The notes beneath the pieces are model-generated. The model had not been told where the DNA came from, ran no database searches, and saw nothing but the letters and a program-made list of their open reading frames with translations. A stretch of DNA of 64,000 nucleotides from Bugula neritina (lineage: Eukaryota > Animalia > Bryozoa): contig OZ037767.1 in assembly GCA_964035545.1 (NCBI GenBank), positions 23,452,628 to 23,516,627 of the forward strand. Direction: 5' to 3'. This document shows positions 1 through 13,054 of this stretch, one piece after another. The translations under genes and the position numbers were made by a program. Within the stretch, counting starts at the first letter, position 1, and the number at the start of each line of letters is the position of its first letter.

Positions 1-3000
1 ATGCTGATAAGAAATTTACTATTACAATGAACTCAAAACATTAGCACCTGTGAACAGAACAAATTATAATGATACTACTAAAACGTTACTTATTTGATGG
101 ATAACCATTAACACTATTCACTTCACACTACTCAACAACATAACCTTACAGAGCCAAATTAAACTAACTAGCTGTAGTAAACTGTATATGTGAAAACCAT
201 TCAAATTCATCTCACCTAATCAGCATCACTCTTCAGAAATTCTAGTAAAGACTACTCAGTATACAGCACTATAATATAGTCTATACCTTACAACTATAAT
301 AATAAGCTAAGGCAGCAGCTGAGGCAGAACGTGCTGTCAGCAGCCACTAGCATTAAACTGTACCTGTAGTTAAGCCTACCTAAGCTAAATTTACTATCAG
401 CTCAAGATCTATGCTACAGTTTGCCTAAAAATGTTAACCTTTATAGTTTACAAAACACAAGGGAGTGTATTTATTCTCTAGCTAATAGTCTTGATGAGAA
501 TACTCAACCAGTGCATTAAAATAGTGGCAGATCTTTCAAGTGTAAACAAAGTAATTTCTAAAAATATAATAGGAGGGTTTGAATAAGAAATAGAGAAGTT
601 GCCGTTTACTACACTGTAGTAATACATCAATATTTTAAAGACTATATTAATAGTTAATTTAATGAATAACGGCGTATAATATAATTCATACATGTATAAT
701 TTTTACTTTTAATTCTCTGGTTTATTCTAGGCTTACTCGTTCATTCAAGTATAAACATAAGTATGACTCAAGTATAAACACAAGTACCACTCAAGTATAA
801 ACACACCACAACCTTTTGTATATTTTATTGAATAGATCAGCAAGATGAAAACTGTGTAGAGATTGGAAAGGTGACAGCTACCTATGTCTATGCCTTTAGA
901 GCAGGGGTGTCCAACCTTTTCAGAGCCACTGAAACGAAATATTCTGTAAAATTCTGGCCAATCTGTAAAATTTAGCTAGAGCTGGAGGCCACGGCATCTG
1001 TATTTTTCAAATTACTTTTTTCCGACTTCCTATGAATCTTTACAGAATGAAGTCCCAATAACTACTGCCTGCTGCATGTATTGCTGCATGTATATAAATA
1101 AGGCATTGAAAAGGTGGTTTTTAACCTCTAATTCATGTGTGCAAAATAGTTGTATTTGCTATGCCTTTGAAGGCCACATAAAATTAGGCTGAAGTTTGTA
1201 TTCAAAAATGCTGTTTTCATGTAAAATTAATTTTAGGTTACACATTTGAAGCTGGAGGATAAATTTTGGCTGCTTTGCTCAGTGCTTGGATGAGCTTCTT
1301 TGCTGCAGTTATTAGTTCTTAAACATGGAGTTGGCCAAAACAAAAGTGGGTTCCAAAACAAACCAGATTGATAATCTGATGCTTAAAGATATTTTGTGTG
1401 GTTCACAAAATAGGATGTTAAGTTGATGCCACATTATCAGTATATTTATAGGAGTTATCTCACCACATAAAGTGTGACATTGTTTTTAGGAATTGTCTTA
1501 CATTTTAACATCTTTCAATTTTAGTCCATTGGAAAAAGTTTTGATCAAGAAGCATAACCTCATTGACGACTATTACATCTGAATAAATTAAAATTATTTT
1601 GTCTGTATGTACATGATGTCGAAAGCTTTAAAAATTATTTTTTCTGTTTTTGTAGAGGAAAACCAAGCTAAAGTCTAACAAAACCAGCTCCCATTGTTGA
1701 GAATTTTAAAAAATTACTCCAGCACTTTAATCTGACATAGATGTTAGTAAAATTTCAAACCTTAAAACAAGTTCTTGCGATCAACATGTTTGGCGTGGCT
1801 CTTGTACATACAACCCATTGGTAGACTAGATATAACTGAAGTCACAACTTTTATTAGTCCTTATATTTAGTCCTTTTCCCAGCTGCTATCTCATAGCTCA
1901 TAGGCAGTAATTACATCAAACCTAAAACAAACATTATGATTTACAATCATCTAGATACTTTTATTAACTAAAGATTAGGCTTAGAAGCAAAATGTCTAAG
2001 CTGGAGTTAATAGGAACAAGCCTGGATGTAAATTAAAAGTTGGGCCATAAGAATGGTTACAACTAGCTGGTACCCATGTAGTTGCTTTATACAGCTCACT
2101 AAGAGATACCAATACAACAGTGGAAACTTATCAAATATTTTTAATTTAGTGCTTAGCTACTTTATATACTTTCCATGAGTTTTTTTAATTATGTCATTAA
2201 ATTTTACCAGCTTTACAACAGTTAGTTCAAATGAACTACAGAGTTAAAAAATTAACTCAGTATAATTGTTAAGCACTTCATTACTAATTAGGTTTGTCAT
2301 TAGCCCAGATGTAGGCTTAAAACTCAAGATGGGTAGTCAAGCAGGTAAAAAGAGGTAATCAGTAACGTATCAAACTCTTGCAATTCAGCTATAGAAGAGT
2401 TGTCCTCACGTGTACAGACATATTCTGTCTACCGGTTTTAGCTGATTACCAAAATGTTTTAAATCAAAACACACAGTGCAAGTTTACTCTAAGCCTTTAT
2501 ATCCTATATTCTATAAAAACCCTACATTAAATTTAATCACAACTTGAAATGTTGAAATTTCTCTGCTTCTTCACCCAAATGTTAATCTATTTAGTAATAT
2601 CATATATTAGTGTTTTTCTACTTTCATAAAATCAGCAATTACTGGTTTATTTCTGTTTCATGCGTTAAATTCAACAGAAAACATTTAAACTAATAAAGTT
2701 TGGCTTTAGTTCCTTTCTGGTGCAAATGTTGAAATAACATCACTTGTTATGTTTATAAAATAAGTATATTGTGAAACTAGTTTTTACTGGCTACTATGCC
2801 GTCTGGATAAAAACAATAACCATAAATACTAAGTTACCCGCAGTTGGAAGATTAGCAGTAACAAACTTATCTTTGGCCAACTCATTAACCCCATGCTTTA
2901 TTCTTACTAGTTGGAAGTTTGTAGATTTACTAGTGAAATCCAACAACTGGTAACCAAATTAAATCTTGCTATGAAATACCATACCTTTAATTTCTCAGGT

Positions 3001-3100
3001 TGATTCGGACAGGAAAGCATTCCCATGGGTTAGCCAGACACTATTGTAGATACCAAGGTGATGCCGTCAAGCTGTATTTGCTGCTGTCTGACTATAACAG

Positions 3101-3360
3101 GTGTCATGTGACTGCAGCAGATGTCATGTGACTGCAGCTTGTATTGTGTAGCTTTAGCTAATGTCATGTGACTGCAGTTAATGTCATGTGACTGCAGTTA
3201 ATTTCATGTGACTGCAGTTAATGTCATGTGACTGCAGTTAATGTCATGTGACAGCAGTTAATGTCATGTGACTGCAGTTAATGTCATGTGACTGCAGTTA
3301 ATGTCATGTGACTGCAGTTAATGTCATGTGACTGCAGTTAATGTCATGTGATTGCAGTTG
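3101..3360. repeat. 20-bp minisatellite, consensus ATGTCATGTGACTGCAGTTA, 12 recognisable units plus one degenerate slot
   Basis: Exact 20-bp periodicity read directly; unit at 3141-3160 is degenerate; no unique spacers. Confidence 0.95.
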
Positions 3361-4548
3361 ACTTGACTTAGAAGGTAAGTACTCTGCAGTTGCAATATAA
3401 AGTCATAAAAGTTGAGATGAATGAAACCCGGCAAGTCAAACCAAGTATTAAGATAGATAGAATGAAGTCACGGCTACAACAGCTGTATAGAGAGAGACTA
3501 AGAGTAAACCCTTTCAGCTAAAGGAGTAGACCCTGTACTGACACTAGACAACCACACAATCCTATTCCATGCAACAAACAAAACAAGTTCTAGAGAGGGA
3601 AAATAGAAAGAATAACATACAGAAGAGGCCAACATAAATGTGAACATGTTTCAACAAAACACTGCAACAGGCTCAGAGTTATCTTTCCAATGCTAAACAA
3701 CACTGAATACACAGCTCTGCTTTATGCAGAATGACAGCCAGAGGCAAAACATTGCTATGTTATACAATATGCATATCTAAAGTTACATCAGTTCTCAGAA
3801 AGCCCTGAAATAAAAATGAACCGCACACCATAAACAACAAACAGTATAGAAATGCAGGCAATAGTAGAGTGTAACATGCAACAAATGATATTTAGTATTA
3901 AATTGTAAAGTTGCTCATAGAATACATGAGATACAACATTTAAATGGCTTACCTGAAGTGAAATCTATGTATTACATAAGAATCAGTAAATCATATTATT
4001 GTCAAGTAATACAAAATAGGATTGCAGCATTACAGGGAAGAATTTTGTAGAACTAATATTACCAAGTTAATATAGTATATACATTCTTATCATGTGTTCT
4101 TATCGACACAAACTGACTTATAGTACCAAACACCGGAATTCCGCATTGTTTTGCACTTTACTCTTTGCAGCCCAACAATCAATGTACACAAACTTGTGCT
4201 AATTAAAAGTTGTCTGCACTTTCTACATCAATGAGCTCAAGTTTCACTGAATATAATTAACACTTAATTAGATGTACAGGAAATGAATTCTACAAGATGG
4301 GAGGGCAAGCCTTTTCTATGATTGGCTCATGTGATGATATTGCCCGTGTTCTAGAATCTAGACACAAAGGGGTCATAAGATCTCCGACCCCTCCACACTC
4401 CAAACAAAATTTCACAATTTTTAGAAACTTAGACTATTGAAACAACGCCCAAACAGTCAGTGAGTTTCAAGTTTCTTATGGTATAAAAGTGCTGGTTGAC
4501 AGAGGACCTTTAAAGGAATGACGCAATGACATGCATCTTTACACATAC

Positions 4549-7301
4549 CTGTACGAGTCATGTTTGTTGATGTGGAAAACTTCCAACTCCGGAAGGGAAT
4601 TGCATTCAGAGCTGACGGAGTCTCGTTTGGATAAGACATTATTGTTAGAGATTCCAGTGAAGATTTCTATCAACACAAATTTAAATTATCTTTTAAACTG
4701 CATTTCTAGGCTTCCACAAACTTTTACAGTGAGCTAGTGAGAAGATAATTCTAGTTGCCACATACACCATTTATTTCAATGTCATTGTAGAAAAGTTGAC
4801 TTTTAAAGAAAATTACAGCTAAATAAAGAGCCTTGCATATCTGCATGTATGAATGGTAGTTAGTATTTCAGCTCATTAGCTATGTATTAGCTGATTCCAG
4901 TTGTTGTGTGTACTAAGTGCAAGCCCTGGAGTTAATCTGCGAGAAATCCTAGTTATTACCTCCCACCTTTAAGGATATGTTGGCTTGGCCTTAAAACCTT
5001 GTAGATTCCAATTAATCCAGACTGTACTAGACTTACTTTTAGTTAAGAATCAAGACTTGGTTGGAATAACTCAAAACTACTTCCAGTCATAGATATTATT
5101 AAGTTGAACTAATGATTTGTTTAAATTTTTAGAAAAATGGAGATAAAGGAACCAGTTGTTGCAAGATTAAAAAACATGAATCCCTAGTAACAACTGCTGG
5201 CTAGTCCAGTCTTCCATTGTAGAAAATATTAGTAACTAGTTGGATTGAAAAATACAAGTTTTGAAAATACAATTTGCCATCATTTAGTTTCATAATTTAG
5301 TTCAATGGCCACAAAAAATATGATAGAATTTTATAGCATAAGAATAATACTTCAAATTTTTTTCAATAGTAAATATCTTAGTAAGAAATGAAGCTGAAAC
5401 GATTGAATATAGGCTAAAAAGCATTTAAGGCCTGGCCTCACTATCGTGAGAATCGTGTGACGATTTTCATGAGTTATCCTCTCTTTATGACCAACCACAC
5501 ACTCGTCAGACGAAACACATAAATAAATAGTCTGTGAATGAGTCTTGTACGAAATACAAACAGCAGAAAATTGCCAAATAGAAAAAAGTGGTAGAAATGA
5601 AATAATTACTGTTGCTAAAATTTTATTGACCAATTAAATGTGATTTTTCGTCCATCGTCATCTTTGTGTACACCCAGTGAAGACGATTTCGTTTGAATTT
5701 CCTCGATTTGTCTCGTACGATTCTTTTTTCGTATCAAATAGATGATTTCGCGTGAGGCCAGGCCTTTAAACAACTTTTCACAAAAAAGCACCCTGAGTTG
5801 TTTTGATATAATCTCAATGGCAGTAAACTAGTGCACCATTTGTGCAACTTGACTAGAATGTTATAATAACATTCTAGTTTAACAAAAGCCACACTCCCGC
5901 AGATTTTAATCACTTTTGAGAGTCAATTTTCTGCTATTTTCATTTACTGAAGTAGAGTTAGGTTGTAGTGTTGGGGTGCATTTAGGTAACTCTGCTATAC
6001 AGTATACTCAAGTAAGAGTGATTAAACTAAATACATCCCAAGAACCCAGTAAATTTATATATATCTCAACAGAAGAAAACTCCTTGATCTTTTTGGCTCT
6101 TCATCAACACCTTATATATTAGAAACTGGCTACATATACAAGTTATCTACTACACAGTGTAAACACTAAATGCTCAGGTCTGACTTTTTCTTAGCTGAGC
6201 CAACAGGAAGTCAGTCAAATGCTGCCTAACACACAATAACTGTTAGGAATGGAGAAAGTTGAACTTCCTCATTGCTGCTACCCAGTAACTGAACTTCCAG
6301 AACTATCCAGAAGAGGGTATTTTCATTTAGCACTTTACCTACTTATAATCATTATACTGATTAATGGTTTAATTTCAGCTGACGGTTATAAACTCATATA
6401 TCAAATCTAATATAAATTACCCATAACCATAAAAGTAGACTTTAAAGCAAAATAAAAAAAATGCAATACCTAAGATAAAAAATTATTTAGATTTGGTACT
6501 TAAAGTCTAAACAAAAATATAATATTATTTTTACTGCAAGAATGTTTATAGTAGCCTTATAGTAGGCACATTCGCATAGAAATCCAACATGCACAGACCT
6601 CTCGGCTCATCTGAGACACTGCGACAGAGTGTTTGATGTCTGTACACAACATTGACATCTTCAGAACCAGGATTCGCTGACTCAGCTCCTGCAGCTGCCT
6701 GCTTGCTCTCTGTGTTGCTGCCGTGAGTCAAGATTAAACTTAGTGACACAATCTGCTTCACACCTTCACTTATGGTGCTACTAGATACTCTCTCTACCTG
6801 CAAAGCAGTTATTAGTCATGAATATCAAGGCTATCACAGTAGTAATTCCTGTCAGGTAACATACATTGAAGAAAACTTTCTACGTAAGAATGAGTATTTA
6901 GTCAACTTTTTAATCTGCATGAATAGAGATTGTGAGAAATAGATGGGCATGAAATTTGTTAAGATATATCATTCTATTATAAAGTAATTCCTAGTATTCA
7001 TAGTATTGTAGTGTGTATTATGAGCCACCCTAGGATCAATTTCTAGTATTATTCTCTATAAGGTAATGCCTCTGTTAAAACAGCTCAATGTCAATGACAA
7101 ACTTACAGTTTTGGCTACGGAGGTTTGTTTTCGTGATGTACAAAACTAAGAAGGTTTGTTTCAACAATACACAAAACCACGGTAGTTTGTTTATAAACAG
7201 TCAAACACACATCTATGCTATAAGAACTACTCAGTATATCAACTAACTTTCTTTTTCCTAAACCCAACATCAGGCTGACCGGTCAAAGGAGTGTTCTCCA
7301 T
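4549..7301 (-). CDS. 5' coding exons of an unidentified minus-strand gene (Ser-rich, probably disordered N-terminus), continuing leftward
   Basis: Exons 7301-7248 (MENTPLTGQPDVGFRKKK), 6797-6599 (VERVSSSTI...SDEPR) and 4666-4549 (EIFTGISNN...HDSY) have GT-AG boundaries and join in phase (0, then 1) without stops. No homology recognised; downstream exons not found. Confidence 0.45.
5428..5765. mobile_element. PIF/Harbinger-type MITE, 338 bp
   Basis: Perfect 14-bp TIRs AGGCCTGGCCTCAC (5428-5441) / GTGAGGCCAGGCCT (5752-5765); 3-bp TTA duplication at 5425-5427 and 5766-5768; no coding capacity. Confidence 0.85.
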
Positions 7302-8999
7302 ATCTAGCTGAGCTTTGAGAATATTTGTTGGAACTGTTTACACGGCTACATTCTTCTGGACTGTTCTTGTTTGTTGAGAATGATGTATTTGGACTACTTC
7401 AGTGCACAAATCTGTAGAATCTAGAATGGATGGGAAGATTTCAAGTCAATAATGTTTTGCAAATGATAATTTTTTTTAATGTAAAGACAAAGGGTATTAT
7501 TAAATCTTATGCTATATATTCCAAATGCAAATTACAATCTTTAACTATTGTTAGTAGCAGCGTGGGTTATCATAATTGAATAAATTGCAAGGTGTAGTGA
7601 GACTCAGCCACTGATTACATCGAATATAATGGATTTTCCAAGAGTGAAAAACAATAATAAGTAAAGCCCAGCAGAAAAATGCACCTGAGTTACCGAAGAA
7701 ATAACACAGTTCTATATAAGTCACTAGTTTTGTTACACATGTGTTTATAATGTCAAGAAACCAGCTTATATTCAACATAAAATTTTGTACTTGATGCACC
7801 AAAAATACCAGGAATGGCGGACCACCTAACCAATACTTGAGAAAAAAACATATCAAAAACACCAGAATATTGACAAGAGCTGAGTACAATTCACTGCTCC
7901 TACAAGGTGGTGTTCAGATCCTAACCAAAATCCAAGCCAAGCAGTTCAGCCATTAACATTACTAATTAGAATAAAATTACCATCTACTTGATTTGGCTTA
8001 ACGTAGCCAACTGATATGGACTTAGTTTTGAAACTAGAATTAAACTGGTGCAAGCAAGTCAAACCCCAAGTGCCCAATACCTTTTAATAATAACTCAAAT
8101 ATCTACTGACTATTTAAATTATAGCCTTATGATCAATATGTTTTTCTTTTATACAGGATTATGGGTTGCAGCATTCAACACTAAAAAAGTAAAAATATTT
8201 TATAAATAGACGGTATTAACCTAAAAGTGAATGAAACATCAACTAAGGTGAAACGCAGCATGGTTGAACCAAGACAAATTTGTTCTTCAATAAAGACCTC
8301 AAATGACCAATTTTTTGATAGTTATATACCGTTTGCTTATATAAGAGCTACTTTAATGATGCTATGCATAAAAGAAATGATTTAATCAAAAACAAAAATG
8401 AGCAGCATGAATATGGATCATCTGAAAACCTAGCAACATTAAAATGAGACCTAGAATATTTATCACACATCCTGTTTTTTATTTTTAACTATCCAATCCA
8501 TTTCCCCACATTAGTGCAACGACAGAAATTTATGTCTTACAACCAATGCTTTAACTGATAATTAGACTTTAGCACTTAGCTATGCTTTATTTTAGTTTTA
8601 GCCTTTAATAAACAATTTGAAGATTAGCACCTGGAAGTTAAACTCTACTATTAAAACAAGCAGAGAGAAATAGTAAATGGCATCTTCATGCACCACTGAA
8701 ATTGAAAAGTAAAGTGAGAGCATTTGTGGGTCACTCTTTCTGAATGAATCTAACCATCCATCTCCTACTCAAAGCTGAGTGTACTTAATGTATTGATAGT
8801 CAATGATAATAGCTAATAGGTCCAACTTCAGTAATTTTCCGGTGTTCGATTTTTCATGGGCCAACGTTTAGTGATTTGATTGAAAATCCTGCCACTGCCA
8901 AAACTTATCAAAAGCATATTTGGTTATATTAAGTTTTCAGCTAATAGATTATATAAATTAGAGGTCAAATTCAGAAGGAACAACCTCAGAAAGATAAGA

Positions 9000-9275
9000 C
9001 CTCATTCACATTTGCCGTACCTTACACCCCAACAGCAAATATCAGCCATTTTTAATAAAAACTTCAACATGCTATTAGGCTATTAGGTACGATCTATGAC
9101 AATTCATTGGACAATCATATCCAATGAGTTGAAGTAAAAGTTTTTCTGTCCAATAGGAGCCCACTGCAACTTGTTTGAATCAAGCAGTGCTTGATCCTTG
9201 AACGTATCACAACACAGTACAGGAAAATCAGACATTTGTAAAAATGGCTGATATTTGCTGTTACCGTGAATGAGG
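9000..9275. mobile_element. Degenerate MITE with nested inverted repeats
   Basis: Outer IR CCTCATTCAC (9000-9009) / GTGAATGAGG (9266-9275); inner perfect 24-bp IR AACAGCAAATATCAGCCATTTTTA (9031-9054) / 9239-9262. TSD not clear. Confidence 0.6.
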
Positions 9276-9597
9276 AGGAAAACTTGAGAGACATGAAAAC
9301 AAAATGGTGGATTCTAGAAATTTTGGCAATTTCTTAGTTTAACAATTATCATTTTGAGTAGAGAAAAATTACTCGCCTCTTTAAATGAAAACAATGTTAC
9401 CTATGTAAACTATGGAGATGATCATGTGACCAATCACTTTTCTTACAGCTTCCTTAATGCTTCGCATTTTATAATAATATTCTTTATCAAATTTTTGAAA
9501 GACCCTTTATGAATTAAAATTACCTGCACTGTTTCATCAAATACAGTAGTTGAATTTAAACAAATATAAAAGGAACTAATTGTAAGCCAGTGTTTAA

Positions 9598-9788
9598 GAG
9601 CAGAAGTGGTCTAGCTGTTGAAGCTCTGGCATGGTGTGCTCAATGTTCATGGGTTTCAATCCCAACAGAACCATTAGTGGTGTCTGGAAAATTATGATTG
9701 TTTCTTTAGCACAGCCTACATAGTCTTTGGCCCACTTAGCAAACCCTTGCCATTAGGGGATCTTACTGGTATACAGACAAAAAAAAAA
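9598..9788 (+). mobile_element. Degenerate tRNA-derived SINE-like relic
   Basis: A-box-like AGTGGTCTAG, B-box-like GGGTTTCAATCCC (9651-9663), A-run at 9779-9788; body resembles 41115-41280. Confidence 0.45.
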
Positions 9789-12700
9789 CATGAGTTCTAG
9801 AACAGAAAGGGACTTTCTGAGATTCTCTAATGCTAAATTAAATAGAAGGTGCCAGTGATAACAGTTACACAGTTATTGCCCGCCAGCTTATGCAGTTGGC
9901 CAAACTCCAAAGCGAATAACTGACAATACTAACACTCCCTTACAACATAGGTGATGACTAGGAGTAAACCCTGAAATACACTTATTATGCTGCTTTTTCC
10001 TGTTTCAGTACAAAAGAGATTTAGCATGTTATTTAAGCCAAAAGAATAGTTGAAGTTCTCTTACAACACGCAAAAAATAAGAGAGAAGCAAAATTACTAT
10101 TTAACCTAGAACAGTCTACTCAAAATGGTGATCAGATCACATATTTGGAATACCATACTTTATCATTTAGGTGCAGTAATGGAGAAAGGTTAAATAGCTC
10201 AAGTTCTTTAACTTTCAGACAAACTAATATTCAGCAGTAGCCAACAAAGTCATAGCAAAGTTAATTATACTCTTCAAAATGACTACCTAGGACCTAGGTC
10301 CTAGTATAAAGATAATCTGATGACATAAACACCAAAAACTCATCTTTACGGCTGTATTACCCCATAAACCTCCACATATAGTTCAGCAGCAATGAAAGTT
10401 GGTAACAACATAGAAATGGCACCCAATTAAATGCCAAACATTAAATCAATTAGGTGCTATAAGTGCAAGAAACCAACTGCAGTTTAAAGTAGAATCTTTA
10501 TAACTGACTACTGAAATTAACAAGTGACCTCTACTAAATATGGCAATGATGGTTCTATGCTAGCAAATAAATAAATAATGTGCAACAATATATAATATTA
10601 TAAATTGTATGTGTTGAAATTTCACTAAGCCAATACAGTAGTTGTAACAGTCTGTTGATGCGTTAGGGTAACTGGCAGAGTAAGACTTACCAAGTTACTC
10701 TTAAATTTAACGATTTAGAGTGTTACTACTAGTTGAGTATTTTAAAATCAAAACACACTACACTCACACTGTTAGTGTTGCACTGACAGTATAAGTATCA
10801 GTGTTATGTGCATTATGATTATCATTATGATATTGATTATCAGTATAAAAACTAATAAGTATTAATATAATAACAGAACTTTCTACTTTTCATGGTGATA
10901 ATATTAGTAATAGCAACAATGCTACTATAACTATTACGATCAGTATTACTATTACTATAAATATAGGTTAACATAAGTATAACTATTAGTATTAGACTTT
11001 AATTAAACTAAATAAATATAAATACAAGTACTATAATCATAATGATAATAAAAATCATATTATTATTAATCTTATCAACTGTTGATAATTATTATTCTGA
11101 CATTTAACACACTGAATCTGATACAGTATCAGTGTGAGTATAAATATCACCACCACTATCAGTATGAGTAACACTAACAGTTAATACTAAAACTAAGTAT
11201 ACTACTAATAGTAATAGTAATAGTTAGTGTAATACTAATAGTAATCAATTGGTAATAGTAATACTAATACTAATAGTAATACTAAGTCTAATAGCAATAG
11301 TTATACTTTTACTTCAACCACTAGTAGTTTTTAGTATAACTATAACTATAAGTGTTGGACTAAGACTTGGTTGTTTCACTTGACTGGAGCTCACAGGTAC
11401 TTAAACTTAAAGTTTAAGCTAGTTATATTGAATAATTATAATCATAATGACAATGAATATGATACTAATTTATTAAATTAATATTAATTATATTTATTGT
11501 AACTATTACTAGTACAGTATTAGTATTAGTATTACTATTACTATTAGTATTAGTATAACTATAAGTAGTAGTATAACTATAAGTATTGGTATTACTATTA
11601 GTATTATTCATGGTAATCAATATTCAATATCATGATTTTGATTTCCTAACATCAATTTTTTCATATAACAATAATCATAATGGTGAACCCTATAAAGAGT
11701 CATTCTATGTTTTCCAACTAAGTGTTGAAACATACTTATTCACCAGATATCATGCATTACAACTACACGTACCGTCAGCGTCGTTGATGCTTGGATTAAA
11801 TTGTTTGTATATAATAATAATAGAAACTGAAAGCTCTATTTCCTTAGTCAGTTGTGTTTTCTTCTGAAATAGCCCCGGTTTTTCCAAAAGTATGATTTCC
11901 TAAGAATTTTTCTGCATTAGATAGGATAACTCTAAGGCTTAAAAAGATATTTTTATAATCGTGTTCCTGACCAGCTTCTTCATTAGTGGTTAACTGTGTT
12001 TTAAATATTATGCTTTATAAATTAACAATTTTTGCTCCTTTATTCATCCTCTAAAGAATTTTCTGTTTGCATGCTTTTTGCTTTAATGTACTTTGTTGTG
12101 CATACTTTCTTTACAACATCAATAGAAAAATAAGGCTGTTTTTTCTCAATCTGTTAAAATCTTTTCTACCAATTTGTTACAAAAGTACAACTCTATGCAA
12201 ATCTGCACACTATATTATAAATATTTGGTATTTACTAATGCAATGACTGACTGCAAATCATTCAACTAAGAAAATAAATCCTACGGCCAACAACTAATGA
12301 TGGGCAGTTAGTCAATTAGGATAGTCAACAGTTCTAACTTTTGAACTAATTACAAATAGGTTTACTCATAATCCTACAATTTTTTTTCAAGCTGAAATTA
12401 TATCATATAGTTGATTCCTTGTTTCTAATTAAACTCTATCACAAAATCTAGTTATAGGTTGTGACTTTTAAAATAATAAAACAGTTACTGTCGGTTAACT
12501 TCATTAAGTTCTATGATATAATATAGAACTAAGTCTCTATTATCCATCGTAGACTGTTTAAGCACTGCCAGTTAAGTCTCTTGACTATTTCTCCAGAAAA
12601 TGGCAAGTTATATAAAAAGCAACAGTTTTACTGACAGTTGAGTAATTGACAGTAATTGTTTAACCATAGACTAAGGGCACTAACGTGTTGTTTTGCTAAA

Positions 12701-13054
12701 TCATAGGAATGTTATAATAAAGAAGTGCAGGCTTAAGGTTGAAATTCGTACTTTCTAGCTAAAATATACAAAACCATGAAGAAAGTTGTATATAGCATAT
12801 TTTATTAGAATTAGTCAATTGGAAATATTGAGGTATGAATTAATCAGAAGCCCTGATAGCATAATATATGAAAAAGATAAAAACTCCAGAATTGCTAAAG
12901 CACCCTAACTGATAATACATACAATGCAAATGATACAATCTAAAAGATACAATCAGATTTACAGTTTTTCTTATGGAGGAACAAAGTCAGCAACAAAGTG
13001 AATAACATTCTTCATCATATAAAGTTCTATCCATACCATATGCCCACTCTTGCT

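Noticed and set aside
902-1185. hAT-like terminus CAGGGGTGTCCAACCT
   Set aside because: No matching right-hand TIR or TSD found; at most a truncated relic.
2985-3091. Minus-strand exon-like segment as the next coding exon of the leftmost gene
   Set aside because: Stops in all three frames from the acceptor; could be a UTR or alternative first exon, but unsupported.
3101-3360. CRISPR-like array (also considered for 27931-28153 and 45846-45978)
   Set aside because: Head-to-tail repeats without unique spacers, eukaryotic context, no cas genes.
10287-10304. Perfect 18-bp palindrome CTAGGACCTAGGTCCTAG
   Set aside because: Isolated; could be an excision footprint or chance, with no supporting context.
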